DNA from: a virus
Lineage: Duplodnaviria > Caudoviricetes
Direction: 5' to 3' (one strand)
DNA length: 64,000 bases
Virus record (IMG/VR): IMGVR_UViG_3300033463_000029
Span: 32,001-96,000 of that record
Shown here: in pieces, positions 17,834 to 27,053 of the stretch
How the letters are laid out: every line of letters begins with the position of its first letter
Numbering within the stretch: the first letter of the stretch is position 1
The notes under the pieces: model-generated
What the model saw: only the letters and a program-made list of their open reading frames with translations
Database searches by the model: none
What the model was told of the DNA's origin: nothing
Position numbers and translations under genes: made by a program

Positions 17834-19531
17834 TTGAAATCATACAGTTTTAAAAATATAAACGAATCTGAATCGAAATTCGAAATAAGGAAGGATGATA
17901 TAATCCTTAAGGACGGCAGATCTGTTGCACAAACATACTTCCCAGGAAGACCTTGCAGAGTAATTCCAGATGTTAATAAAGATGTCGGCGGAGATGCGTT
18001 GCTGTACAGGGTTGCAACCGCAGACGGAAGAAAAAACGATATGGAAGCCGTTATGATTTCAAAAGTAACAGAAGATGTCGTTGCGGATGTTTGCGTTTCA
18101 ACCGTATGGTGGTGCGGCGGAGACCTTAAGGATTTTCTTGAAATGGACTTCTATACGCGATTTGACAAATATGGAAGCGCGATAGTAAATTCAAAAACAG
18201 GAAAACTTGTAACAGATATAAAAGGTTCAAACAGCACTCTGTTTGGTAATATAATATATTCATTAAGTGATGATGTTTTGACAGTTTGGGATTATTGTAA
18301 CGGTCAACTCAAAGAGATATTTAAAGGAAAAACTGGCAGAGCACCGGACGAATGGCAGATAGGAGACTACAATGCGTTAGATGTTGTTGTGATAAGCACG
18401 GAATGGGGCGAATTTCAACTATATTGTGCAGATAAACACAAATTTATAACATCTGGATGGTGCACAGGATATAAAGAACAAAGCTGCTCAACAAGACGAG
18501 ATTTCGCAAATAAAGATTGTGACGAAACTGATATACAATACTTATCAATACAATATGATGGATACAACCAAAACAAAAGGATTGTAATTTATGATGTTGA
18601 CACCCTTGAACCGGTAGATATCGAACCGGTAAGTGAAGTTTTTGATCTTCCAAACTGCTACATTCCAGTATTAAAAAGTTTATCGAAACCTTACAAATAT
18701 AACATATTGGGTTCAGACAATAAACTTGTGTTAGATGAATGGGCAACTGAAATAAAAGAACTGAAAGAAAAATACTGCGAGCTCGGATATATAATCAAAT
18801 GTGAATATGATGATGGAACATTTGATATTGTTGGTGGGGAGAGCGCGTGTATTTTAGAAAATGGACCATTTGACAAGATGGAGTACATCGAAGAGAATAA
18901 CACGCATGGAGACCTCGTTTGTTTCCGTAGAAAAAGCGACGGAAAGTCTAATATAGTCGATGCGGAAACACTTGAAGATAAAAAATATTATGATGATTTT
19001 CAGTGGTCCTTGCCCGAATGGGCAGATGACATTCTGTTACTGAAAACGAAAAAAACATCACAAATTATAATAGAATATGGGAATGAACATAAGACGTATT
19101 ATTTCCGAAAACTTATTGATGGAATAACAAAACTTTACTCAAACGATGAACTAAACGTTTGCATTGTGCTTAATGATGATGGAGTGTCGATTATCGAAAA
19201 GTTGGACGAGGAAGAATCCGGAGAATACATTTACAGTTTCGAACCAGAACCAAATTATTATGTAAAAGATGCAGAAGACATAAGCATTTTTTTCAAAGGT
19301 GAAATAATCTTAGTAACTTATAAAGATAAATGTAAATTTATAGATTCATATGGTTCAGATATTCACTTCTATCATGTTGATGGAATAGAAAATAACACAT
19401 ACTTCGAAGATGCGGACGACTGTAAAAAAAATAAAGATGATGATTACATCTACCATGTGAAAGCAAATGGAAGATGGATGTGGATAGATGATTATTCTGA
19501 TGAATATGACGAAAATGGCGAGCCAATTTAG
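17834..19531 (+). CDS. Beta-rich repeat protein, paralog 3
   Basis: KYNIL..VLDEW, FDIV..ILENGPF, RRKSDGKSNIVD..PEWADDI; N-terminal INES. Confidence 0.75.
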   Translation: MKSYSFKNINESESKFEIRKDDIILKDGRSVAQTYFPGRPCRVIPDVNKDVGGDALLYRVATADGRKNDMEAVMISKVTEDVVADVCVSTVWWCGGDLKDFLEMDFYTRFDKYGSAIVNSKTGKLVTDIKGSNSTLFGNIIYSLSDDVLTVWDYCNGQLKEIFKGKTGRAPDEWQIGDYNALDVVVISTEWGEFQLYCADKHKFITSGWCTGYKEQSCSTRRDFANKDCDETDIQYLSIQYDGYNQNKRIVIYDVDTLEPVDIEPVSEVFDLPNCYIPVLKSLSKPYKYNILGSDNKLVLDEWATEIKELKEKYCELGYIIKCEYDDGTFDIVGGESACILENGPFDKMEYIEENNTHGDLVCFRRKSDGKSNIVDAETLEDKKYYDDFQWSLPEWADDILLLKTKKTSQIIIEYGNEHKTYYFRKLIDGITKLYSNDELNVCIVLNDDGVSIIEKLDEEESGEYIYSFEPEPNYYVKDAEDISIFFKGEIILVTYKDKCKFIDSYGSDIHFYHVDGIENNTYFEDADDCKKNKDDDYIYHVKANGRWMWIDDYSDEYDENGEPI

Positions 19532-19542
19532 CTCGCCATTTT
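19512..19542. terminator. Bidirectional terminator
   Basis: AAAATGGCGAGC / GCTCGCCATTTT. Confidence 0.8.
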
Positions 19543-20636
19543 TAATCCGAATAAGTTTTGAAGTAATTGTCTATGACGACAACCGGAGTTCCTTTATCCC
19601 CAGACCCAGACATCAGGTCCATCAATGATGCGATCTGGTCTCTCATCTGTCTTGGAGTAGTTCCTTCTGAAGCCATATTCCCGATAAGGTTCTTCTCCTT
19701 CTCCCTGATTTCTTTCTTGATGGCTTCATTCAGCTCATCCCCATTCAAATCACCATACTTGTCGTCAGCGAAAGCCTTTATTTTGATTTCGTTCGCTGTT
19801 CCAAGAAGAATGTCTTCATCAGTAAATGCTGGCATTGTTACTGGATCAGCGAACTCCCAAATCTCACCAACAGGGGAACAGAAGCAGCCGTCTCCATAAA
19901 CACAAACAATAACATCTACGCCGAGTCTCGTTTTTATTACATCCTTAAGGTCGCAGCAAACGCCGAGAGCATATCCACGGCTTGGGAACAACTTAAGTTT
20001 TTCTTCCGTAGCTTTGTTCGAACCAAGAAGACCGTACTCACAGCGATCATCGAAAATGTCAGCCAAGGTGAAATAGTTTCCTTCAGCAACAAGAGCAAAT
20101 CCGGGTCTGTGCTTAAAATCATGAAGACCGCAATAAAGAATCTTCTTTACCTCGGTTTCTTCGACAGCGTCTTCATATGTTCTGTAAAACTTAACGGTAC
20201 AGTTCTCTGCTTCGCATATTTCTTTATAATAGTTCTGAATGTCAACGCCGGTAAACGGGTTGATGCCTGATGGGTTGCCAACTTCATCAAAATCTGGAGC
20301 TATGACCGTTAAAGAATCTGCATATCTCGCGATTCCTTTAAGAATCATAGAAAACCTGTTTCTGGAATAGATTGGCTTTGCGACAACAAGATTTCTGTCA
20401 TCTGTTCCGTACCTTTTTTCAAGTTCCTTTGCGATTTCATCAACCGTAACGTAATTCCCCTGTGCTCTGGCGACAACGGATTCCGTTATTCCAATGATAG
20501 TTTTGTCGTGAAGGTCAACCCCAGCACGCATAAGGGAATCATAAACTGTCTTTACAACATTATCTCCCTCTCTCATAATCGGTGTCCTCACGCCGACGCT
20601 GACGACGCCGACATTGTTGTTTTCGGTGTTAATCAT
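19542..20636 (-). CDS. CofE-family (F420-0:gamma-glutamyl ligase-like) protein
   Basis: GVRTPIMREGD, ITESVVARAQGN, DQIASLMDLMSGSGDKGTPVV. Confidence 0.85.
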   Translation of the reverse strand: MINTENNNVGVVSVGVRTPIMREGDNVVKTVYDSLMRAGVDLHDKTIIGITESVVARAQGNYVTVDEIAKELEKRYGTDDRNLVVAKPIYSRNRFSMILKGIARYADSLTVIAPDFDEVGNPSGINPFTGVDIQNYYKEICEAENCTVKFYRTYEDAVEETEVKKILYCGLHDFKHRPGFALVAEGNYFTLADIFDDRCEYGLLGSNKATEEKLKLFPSRGYALGVCCDLKDVIKTRLGVDVIVCVYGDGCFCSPVGEIWEFADPVTMPAFTDEDILLGTANEIKIKAFADDKYGDLNGDELNEAIKKEIREKEKNLIGNMASEGTTPRQMRDQIASLMDLMSGSGDKGTPVVVIDNYFKTYSD

Positions 20637-20638
20637 AC

Positions 20639-21130
20639 TTATTTTCTATTTTTTGTGTTTTTACCTATTTCTGTTTTAATGTTTTCATAAATCTGTGAAA
20701 TGTTAGGCTTCCGTTCAACTTTTGAATCAACCGGACGGGCAAGAATAGAATACAGTGTATTTGGTTGCAAACAAACTGTTTTTGGAAGAGTTATGACTTT
20801 TCCGCTGTCATCCGTTTTGCCGTCGAAATAAGTCTCGGTGTAATCTCCGATTGTGCCTCTCTTTTCAAATTCATAACAAGAACCGCCTCTTATTTCTGGG
20901 CATTCGCCTGGATTTACACCTGCTTTTGGATCATAAACAACCGGAACCCCGATAAGTTTCAACCCGTCTTCTTCATCAAGCAGAGTCGAAACGATGTATG
21001 ACTTTCCGTCAGTCTTACATCTCAACGTATCCCCCAATTCTATGAAATGAAGGTCATCCGTTATTTTTAGCCCGCGATCTCTAAATCGCTTAGCGATACG
21101 AGCTTTTAATAAATCTGAATATTTTTTCAT
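20639..21130 (-). CDS. Hypothetical protein
   Basis: ORF in operon. Confidence 0.7.
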   Translation of the reverse strand: MKKYSDLLKARIAKRFRDRGLKITDDLHFIELGDTLRCKTDGKSYIVSTLLDEEDGLKLIGVPVVYDPKAGVNPGECPEIRGGSCYEFEKRGTIGDYTETYFDGKTDDSGKVITLPKTVCLQPNTLYSILARPVDSKVERKPNISQIYENIKTEIGKNTKNRK

Positions 21131-21133
21131 TTT

Positions 21134-22360
21134 TTAAACGTTACAGTTTTCAAGTATTCTTTTGAGAGCAGGAATAAACCTGTCATCATATTCATCATCA
21201 ACCTTTGACACAAGAAAATAGTCTGAAACCTCTTTCTTTGATGTGCCGTCTTTGTCAATGAACGTTGAATCACAATAAAGACTATCCACGGGAATCGAAT
21301 CAACTTCAACAAGGAACAGATGCATATCCTTATGCTTCAGATACTGGTGAACGCCGAGATCAACGAAAGAATCTTTCATCTCTGACAAATCGAGACCGGT
21401 CTCTTCTCTGCATTCTCTTATGGCTGTGTCTATGTCTTCTTCTCCGACATTCGAGCATCCCTTTGGTAAGTCAATGAGTTTGAATGAACCGGTTGGTCTA
21501 CACGCCAAAAAGAAACCGTTCTTATCACGAACAACAACACCACACGTTATCAGTCTTCCTTCAGGTGTTGTTTTCAAATTTTCAAAGCTACCGCTTGGTT
21601 TTTCTTCAACAAAATTGATTCGTTTCTCAATATAGTTTCTTCCTGCTTCTTTGAACACGGGAATTTCGTAATCAATGTGCCAGCCGGTATCCCGCTTAAC
21701 GCAGCACACCCCATATTTATATCGCTTTTCAAGAGTCTCCCAATTAAAGTTCTTTTCGGAAATCATCATCTCCTTAAGGACTTTGGTATTCTTTCCGTTA
21801 AGCTGTTTCTGGCTGTAGAAACTTTGTGCGCAAGAAAGAATCGAATTCCTTATTGCATCTAGCTGCCTCCACAGAACACAATTTGTAACCTCCTCAACGG
21901 GAACGTTAAATGCGCGGCAATCAAAAACAGCTAGTTTATTTGCAGATGTTTTATATCTGTCATCAAGTGATGTCGAAACGTTTTGCCTAAACGCCTCGTT
22001 AAATTTTACTGATGCTAACGCGGCCGCAATTGAACACATCTTTTGAGCTTCATAGTCAAACCATGCATCAGACTCAAGCGTCTTGTAATCTACGAGCACA
22101 AGAGTTATTTCGTCAGACTGCGTGTAACCCAGAACACACCCCTGAATATTTTCGCAGAGATATTTCATTGTCTGGTGCATCGCGTCGGCGAACAGTTCAT
22201 CAAATGGTTTCTTAAACCCGTGTGTAAAAGTGTGAAAACTTTTCCCATCGAGCCTCATTATAACTGGCGTTCTACGGGAAAGATAAGTTCTAGACCTCAT
22301 TTCATAATAGGTCTTCATTCTATTTCCAAGTGCATCGTTTTTCATATTAGAATGATACAT
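21134..22360 (-). CDS. thg1: Thg1-like 3'-5' nucleotidyltransferase fused to C-terminal NUDIX hydrolase
   Basis: RLDGKSFHTFT, YTQSDEITL, FDCRAF, WRQLDA.RNSI; NUDIX box GCSNVGEEDIDTAIRECREETGL. Confidence 0.9.
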   Translation of the reverse strand: MYHSNMKNDALGNRMKTYYEMRSRTYLSRRTPVIMRLDGKSFHTFTHGFKKPFDELFADAMHQTMKYLCENIQGCVLGYTQSDEITLVLVDYKTLESDAWFDYEAQKMCSIAAALASVKFNEAFRQNVSTSLDDRYKTSANKLAVFDCRAFNVPVEEVTNCVLWRQLDAIRNSILSCAQSFYSQKQLNGKNTKVLKEMMISEKNFNWETLEKRYKYGVCCVKRDTGWHIDYEIPVFKEAGRNYIEKRINFVEEKPSGSFENLKTTPEGRLITCGVVVRDKNGFFLACRPTGSFKLIDLPKGCSNVGEEDIDTAIRECREETGLDLSEMKDSFVDLGVHQYLKHKDMHLFLVEVDSIPVDSLYCDSTFIDKDGTSKKEVSDYFLVSKVDDEYDDRFIPALKRILENCNV

Positions 22361-22380
22361 TTAAATTATACTCGATAAGT

Positions 22381-22452
22381 TATAATCCCAAACTACATCC
22401 GTTCGAATGTACCCGATATGATATAATATCAAATTACATCCGTTCGAATGTA
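22381..22452. repeat. Two-copy 31-bp direct repeat (41-bp period) with palindromic core
   Basis: TATAATnnCAAAyTACATCCGTTCGAATGTA at 22381-22411 and 22422-22452. Confidence 0.85.
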
Positions 22453-22454
22453 TT

Positions 22455-22910
22455 TTAGTTTTGTAATTTAGATTTTACTATTCTGGATACAACGGAACCA
22501 TCCACTTGTCCAGAGTAAGTTTTGTTGATGATCCCCATAACCTTCCCCATATCTTTCATAGACGTGGCTCCTACATTTGCTATCGTTTCATTAACGATTT
22601 TCTCGACCTCATCTTCTGTAAGCATTTTTGGAAGATAGTTCATAAGAACAAACATTTCCTGCTGCTCATTATCAGCAAGTTCATCTCTACCAGCCTGAGA
22701 ATAAATGTCCATGCTCTCCTTTCTTTGCTTGACTAGTTTTTGAATAACCTTTATGATGTCACTGTCATCGAGGTCCTTTTTTCCGCCGGGAGCAGTTTTA
22801 ACTTCCATAATCGCCGTCTTAACGGACCGTAATGCAGCAACAGTTCTCTCAAGTCTGTCTTTCATTGCATTAACCAGATCTTTCTGGATTTTAACTTCAA
22901 GTGTGTTCAT
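22455..22910 (-). CDS. yqeY: GatB/YqeY domain protein
   Basis: AMK..LRSVK..KQRKES..Y.QAGRDELA..YLPK..KDMGKVMG..DG. Confidence 0.92.
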   Translation of the reverse strand: MNTLEVKIQKDLVNAMKDRLERTVAALRSVKTAIMEVKTAPGGKKDLDDSDIIKVIQKLVKQRKESMDIYSQAGRDELADNEQQEMFVLMNYLPKMLTEDEVEKIVNETIANVGATSMKDMGKVMGIINKTYSGQVDGSVVSRIVKSKLQN

Positions 22911-22941
22911 ATTACTTAAGCATTAAAAATTATCATTTGAT

Positions 22942-23253
22942 TCACTGTTTATCATAATCTGTCTTATTGTCTCTGTTTTTTCCGATATGGTATCCATCGC
23001 AATATAGACATTTATAAACACTGAAATGTGTGTTGTGTTTCTGCCCCATCTTGTCTGCCGCTTTTTGTGCAGACTCAAAATGGTTATATGTTATCTTTGG
23101 TTCACCGGTATGCTGGTTAATATGAGAATTGATACTTAACCCGCCCCATGCATTCCCGGTGATGAAGAAATTTCTAAACCAAGTCTTTCTCTTAAACTGG
23201 TCCTTAATCCATATCTTGAAATTCTTCCACTTTATTTTTGGTTTATCTTTCAT
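22942..23253 (-). CDS. Small Zn-binding hypothetical protein
   Basis: VYKCLYCDGYHIG. Confidence 0.7.
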   Translation of the reverse strand: MKDKPKIKWKNFKIWIKDQFKRKTWFRNFFITGNAWGGLSINSHINQHTGEPKITYNHFESAQKAADKMGQKHNTHFSVYKCLYCDGYHIGKNRDNKTDYDKQ

Positions 23254-23257
23254 TTTT

Positions 23258-23872
23258 TTACATTTGTTTTGGTTCAAAATATAAAAGCGTAGGATTGTTC
23301 TTTTGTATAACAACATCTGGAAACTTTTCAGAAAATCGTTTTGTATTAAATTTTGAACAAACCAAATGATATCCAGATCTTGTTGGCACGGTTGCCTTTA
23401 TGTCGCCGCCACAATCATATATCATTTGAGTATATTTAGCAATATCTGAAATATCGTCAACATCATCAATGTCAACTATATATCTTCTTTTCTCCCTAAC
23501 AAACGATTTTCCGCAAGCGGTCGGATACATCGATATCACCCCGGCATAATTTTGAGAAACATATGTCCTAACAGTGTCTTCAACAACAAGATTTGCTACA
23601 TTTTTATAATTCCTAGGTGTTGGATTTATGTACGCACGTCCGTTTGTAACCCGGCACAGTAAACAAATTTCATCCTTTAAATCAAAAAGTTGTTCCTTGC
23701 TTGTAATCCTATAAAATTTAACAAGACGATTCTTGTTGTTTCCGGACACCTTGTTTCCGTCCTTTCCCCTAACGAGAACCTGAAGAAAATAAAATTCATC
23801 GTCATCCAGACTCATCGGTCCATCGAACAACAAATCACCAAGCAATTCAAAATTATCTACAACATTTTTCAT
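23258..23872 (-). CDS. Hypothetical protein with AEP/PrimPol-like motifs
   Basis: IVDIDD and TRSGYHL motifs. Confidence 0.5.
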   Translation of the reverse strand: MKNVVDNFELLGDLLFDGPMSLDDDEFYFLQVLVRGKDGNKVSGNNKNRLVKFYRITSKEQLFDLKDEICLLCRVTNGRAYINPTPRNYKNVANLVVEDTVRTYVSQNYAGVISMYPTACGKSFVREKRRYIVDIDDVDDISDIAKYTQMIYDCGGDIKATVPTRSGYHLVCSKFNTKRFSEKFPDVVIQKNNPTLLYFEPKQM

Positions 23873-23876
23873 ACTG

Positions 23877-23908
23877 CAAATATATGAATATTATTTCAAA
23901 TTAGCAAA
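23877..23908 (-). promoter_or_regulatory. Bacteroidota-type promoter
   Basis: TTTG-N20-TATATTTG-CAGT-ATG. Confidence 0.8.
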
Positions 23909-23913
23909 AAAAA

Positions 23914-24117
23914 TTAACAATTTTCTTGTTCACAATTTTCTGTGCGACCCGCTATATCTAAACACAGAAAATCACAATTTTTCTTTGTACAACCGTCTGC
24001 TCCTCCATATCCAAGAGAAACTCTATTGTAAAAATTATCTCCGATACAAACCTTTGCTTTTGGGTTTACATCTTTAAGAGCATCAATCAAATCAGTAACT
24101 GTTTCTATATTAGCCAT
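23914..24117 (-). CDS. Hypothetical protein
   Basis: TVTDLIDALK..NPKAKV pattern. Confidence 0.65.
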   Translation of the reverse strand: MANIETVTDLIDALKDVNPKAKVCIGDNFYNRVSLGYGGADGCTKKNCDFLCLDIAGRTENCEQENC

Positions 24118-24122
24118 ATAAT

Positions 24123-24884
24123 TTAAAATAAACTTTTACTTTCATCCAATGTAAAATCAATCTCAGGAATTTTTCTCCAAGCAACTATATTTTTGCCATC
24201 TCTCCATTTTCCATCAACTGTTCCGTTTATTGATATTGTTCCATCTGAATCACAGGTAAGAACATCTTCAGATTCGAACCACGTTTTTGTTTCCTGAGTA
24301 GCAGCATCATATTTTGACAGCCGGTGTTCAAACGGAAGTTTATCTATGCATCTAATCCACTCTGGTTCTTTTTTCTCATACTCTGTATTTTTCCGTCTAA
24401 GAGACCAATATCTAAGCGTACCCAAACGGGCAATTTCATACATATCTTCAACATACATCTTTGTGCCCTTTGGTCTATTGCACTTTCTTTGAAGAGAAAG
24501 CCACCCGGATTCCTCAGAAAAAGAGTATATCCCCGGACCATAATACCGCATCGAAGACTCGTCTATGAATTTTGATGCTGCTTGAGCCATTACTTTCGGC
24601 ACAACATAATAAAACTCGCTTATTCTGTCATCAGAATGATATGAGCGTTTCTTAAAATCGGCAATGAAATCGGACCAAGATCTCTTTATTTCATATTCGG
24701 TCAAAAACCCAGATCTTGACACTTTCACCAAGTCTGCCTCGTGCTCAACAAAGAATCCCCAAGACACGTTCGGAACATACAGATTTTCTCGTATATCATT
24801 TCCTACTATTAAATCCTCTATCTCCTTTACTGTCCTTTTTGTCAACAGCCCGGTTTTCTTAAAAGTAAAATCTTCTTCAAGCAT
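24123..24884 (-). CDS. PD-(D/E)XK nuclease (MmcB-like) with DUF551-like C-terminus
   Basis: EADL..EYEIKRSWSDFIAD; WI.C.DKLP..AWRKIPE. Confidence 0.65.
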   Translation of the reverse strand: MLEEDFTFKKTGLLTKRTVKEIEDLIVGNDIRENLYVPNVSWGFFVEHEADLVKVSRSGFLTEYEIKRSWSDFIADFKKRSYHSDDRISEFYYVVPKVMAQAASKFIDESSMRYYGPGIYSFSEESGWLSLQRKCNRPKGTKMYVEDMYEIARLGTLRYWSLRRKNTEYEKKEPEWIRCIDKLPFEHRLSKYDAATQETKTWFESEDVLTCDSDGTISINGTVDGKWRDGKNIVAWRKIPEIDFTLDESKSLF

Positions 24885-25459
24885 TAAATCCAGTCGTTTA
24901 TTTCGCTTTCAGCTAAGATGATACCCATCTTTTTCATATCATCTATCTTGAACAAAAAGTCATAAATTTCTTCGTTCGCTATTCTGTTGAGCTTAAATAT
25001 GTTTGATGAATATGCTGCGGCAGACTTCCACATATGCATATCTATAAGAAGATATTTGTATGCATATATTTTTCCGTCTTGAATTCCATCACGGCAAAGA
25101 ATAACATAAACCCTGCTTGCATGCGTATTTAGAGACCAACCGTAGTTTCCATGGCTTATGACTTCGAACGGAAGGTTGCCGGTGTTTGCTGCACGAGTAT
25201 CTATCTTTATTTCAACGGGCGTAAACGACGGATCCGTTACAGTGTCGAATGAATCTTTAACTTCTTTTCCATCTTTTGATATAACAAAGTCAACGTCTAT
25301 CTTCTGCCAGAATGGTCTTCCAGAAACATCGCAAATCTTCCACCCCCTCGATTCTGCTGATGGAGCAACGGAATTATAGAAGAATCTCTCTCCTATTTTT
25401 CCATATGTTTCGATGTCTTTATAAAAATTTGGTTTTCTTGATGTTTCGTATACACTCAT
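24884..25459 (-). CDS. Putative PD-(D/E)XK nuclease
   Basis: GE..QKIDVDF..VEIKID..TGNLPFE. Confidence 0.6.
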   Translation of the reverse strand: MSVYETSRKPNFYKDIETYGKIGERFFYNSVAPSAESRGWKICDVSGRPFWQKIDVDFVISKDGKEVKDSFDTVTDPSFTPVEIKIDTRAANTGNLPFEVISHGNYGWSLNTHASRVYVILCRDGIQDGKIYAYKYLLIDMHMWKSAAAYSSNIFKLNRIANEEIYDFLFKIDDMKKMGIILAESEINDWI

Positions 25460-25665
25460 AACACGTAGAAATTTTCTATTTCATAGTTAATGTATTTCAT
25501 CCCATCAAGCTCAGGTGAATCTATCAAAAACTTTCCGTATTTTTCCGCTGCGTCTTTATCGGAATAAACAGCGGATACGTGCTTCGTTGTCTTCCCTTCA
25601 GCGTTTCGCAATTCTCCAACAACTACAAACACGCCGTCAACGTTGATTTTTTCTAATTTACTCAT
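25456..25665 (-). CDS. Hypothetical protein
   Basis: MSKLEKINV start downstream of promoter. Confidence 0.6.
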   Translation of the reverse strand: MSKLEKINVDGVFVVVGELRNAEGKTTKHVSAVYSDKDAAEKYGKFLIDSPELDGMKYINYEIENFYVL

Positions 25666-25689
25666 ATGTTTCTTAAGAAAACGTTTTTG

Positions 25690-25716
25690 CAAATATACAG
25701 AAAAAATGGATAAATA
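25690..25716. promoter_or_regulatory. Overlapping host-type (minus) and late-type (plus) promoters
   Basis: CAAATATA 25690-25697 and ATAAATA 25710-25716. Confidence 0.65.
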
Positions 25717-25737
25717 AAAAAAGAAAAACTTTAATTT

Positions 25738-26202
25738 ATGATTGATATAGAGAAAATAGTGTCCGATTGCATATCAGTTGATTCCGTTTCAACAAAATAC
25801 GGAATAGGGAAATATTCTGAAACAAATTTCCTTCGTGTTGAAATCGCAACATCACCGGTTGAATTCATCGCGGAATTCAATGGAAAACCGATATCAGAAT
25901 ATTATGGAATCTTGATACCGGATAATGAGCCCAATGTACTTTATGTTGGAAAGTTGGTTGCAGATTTGTTCGATTATCTATACAAAGCTGGCGCATTTGA
26001 TGATAGAGGAAATGAACAAGTTTCAGATATTGTTGATGAAGTTGCAAAGGTGGTAAGTTATCTAAAAAGAGATGGTGGAGCAATTTCATTAACATTCTGG
26101 AAATCAATTACACCTGATGTTTATAAAACAATACTTGAAGAGGCTCTTGAAAATGAACCTGAACCAATAGATTTTAGTTCAGAAGACTTGTTCAATATAT
26201 GA
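25738..26202 (+). CDS. Hypothetical late protein
   Basis: First gene of plus-strand unit. Confidence 0.7.
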   Translation: MIDIEKIVSDCISVDSVSTKYGIGKYSETNFLRVEIATSPVEFIAEFNGKPISEYYGILIPDNEPNVLYVGKLVADLFDYLYKAGAFDDRGNEQVSDIVDEVAKVVSYLKRDGGAISLTFWKSITPDVYKTILEEALENEPEPIDFSSEDLFNI

Positions 26203-27053
26203 TTGAATTCTTAAAAGAGCTTATAAAAATTATTTTAAGTCTTTTCTCAAAAAAAGATGACGAGAATAACGGAACAGTTGTGACTGAACCAACGAACGGT
26301 TCGGAAACTGATCCTGAACCAATAACAGATCCTGAACCAGCACAACAGGAGCAAAACAACGCAGAAGAAACAGAAAGCCAAAACACTAATAATATGGAAG
26401 AAAGCGTATACTCAAAAATCAGAGTCCACATTGATTACGGACACGCATCAACGACTCCTGGTAAGAGATCAAGTTACCTTTGTAGTGGCGTTCTCCCAGC
26501 AATCGAAGTTTATGAATGGAAGTCAAACAGAGAGATTGGTGGAAGAATAAAAGAAGGTCTTGAGAATCTTGGCTTCAGTGTCCATGTCGTAACACCGGAG
26601 AACGACGTGGATGTACCTCTAACTCAAAGATATCTCCGAGCAAACAATGATAAGAAACAACATCCAGAGATGAAGCACCTATTCCTTTCTGTACATTCAA
26701 ACGCTCACGGTCACGGTGACGCTTGGACAACAGCAAGAGGGTGGAGCGTATATACAACAAAGGGACAGAATAACAGTGATAAATTCGCTGACTGTGTATA
26801 TTATCAGGCGAAAGAAAATCTTCCTAAACTTGGTGCAACAACAAGACAGCAGATGTCAGACGGAGATCCGGATTATGAAGAGAACTTCACTGTTATCTAT
26901 GGCGCAAACATGCCAGCAATTCTAACAGAGAACCTTTTCTATACAAATGTTGAAGACGCAAAGATTCTTCTGTCAGAAGAAGGAAAAAGACTTCTCGCTG
27001 ATATACACATAAACGGCATAAAAGATTACGCAGACAAATATCTTTTGAAATGA
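26199..27053 (+). CDS. N-acetylmuramoyl-L-alanine amidase (Amidase_3), probable endolysin
   Basis: IDYGH, E, LSVHSNA, PAILTENLF Zn/catalytic motifs. Confidence 0.9.
   Translation: MIEFLKELIKIILSLFSKKDDENNGTVVTEPTNGSETDPEPITDPEPAQQEQNNAEETESQNTNNMEESVYSKIRVHIDYGHASTTPGKRSSYLCSGVLPAIEVYEWKSNREIGGRIKEGLENLGFSVHVVTPENDVDVPLTQRYLRANNDKKQHPEMKHLFLSVHSNAHGHGDAWTTARGWSVYTTKGQNNSDKFADCVYYQAKENLPKLGATTRQQMSDGDPDYEENFTVIYGANMPAILTENLFYTNVEDAKILLSEEGKRLLADIHINGIKDYADKYLLK

Noticed and set aside
15176-19531. Invertible (phase-variable) cassette
   Set aside because: No flanking long inverted repeats or recombinase seen; the hairpins are explained as bidirectional terminators
22381-22452. Mini-CRISPR array
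   Set aside because: Only two units separated by 10 bp and no cas genes; the Cas4-like nuclease at 43651 lacks the Fe-S cysteine pattern and sits in a replication operon
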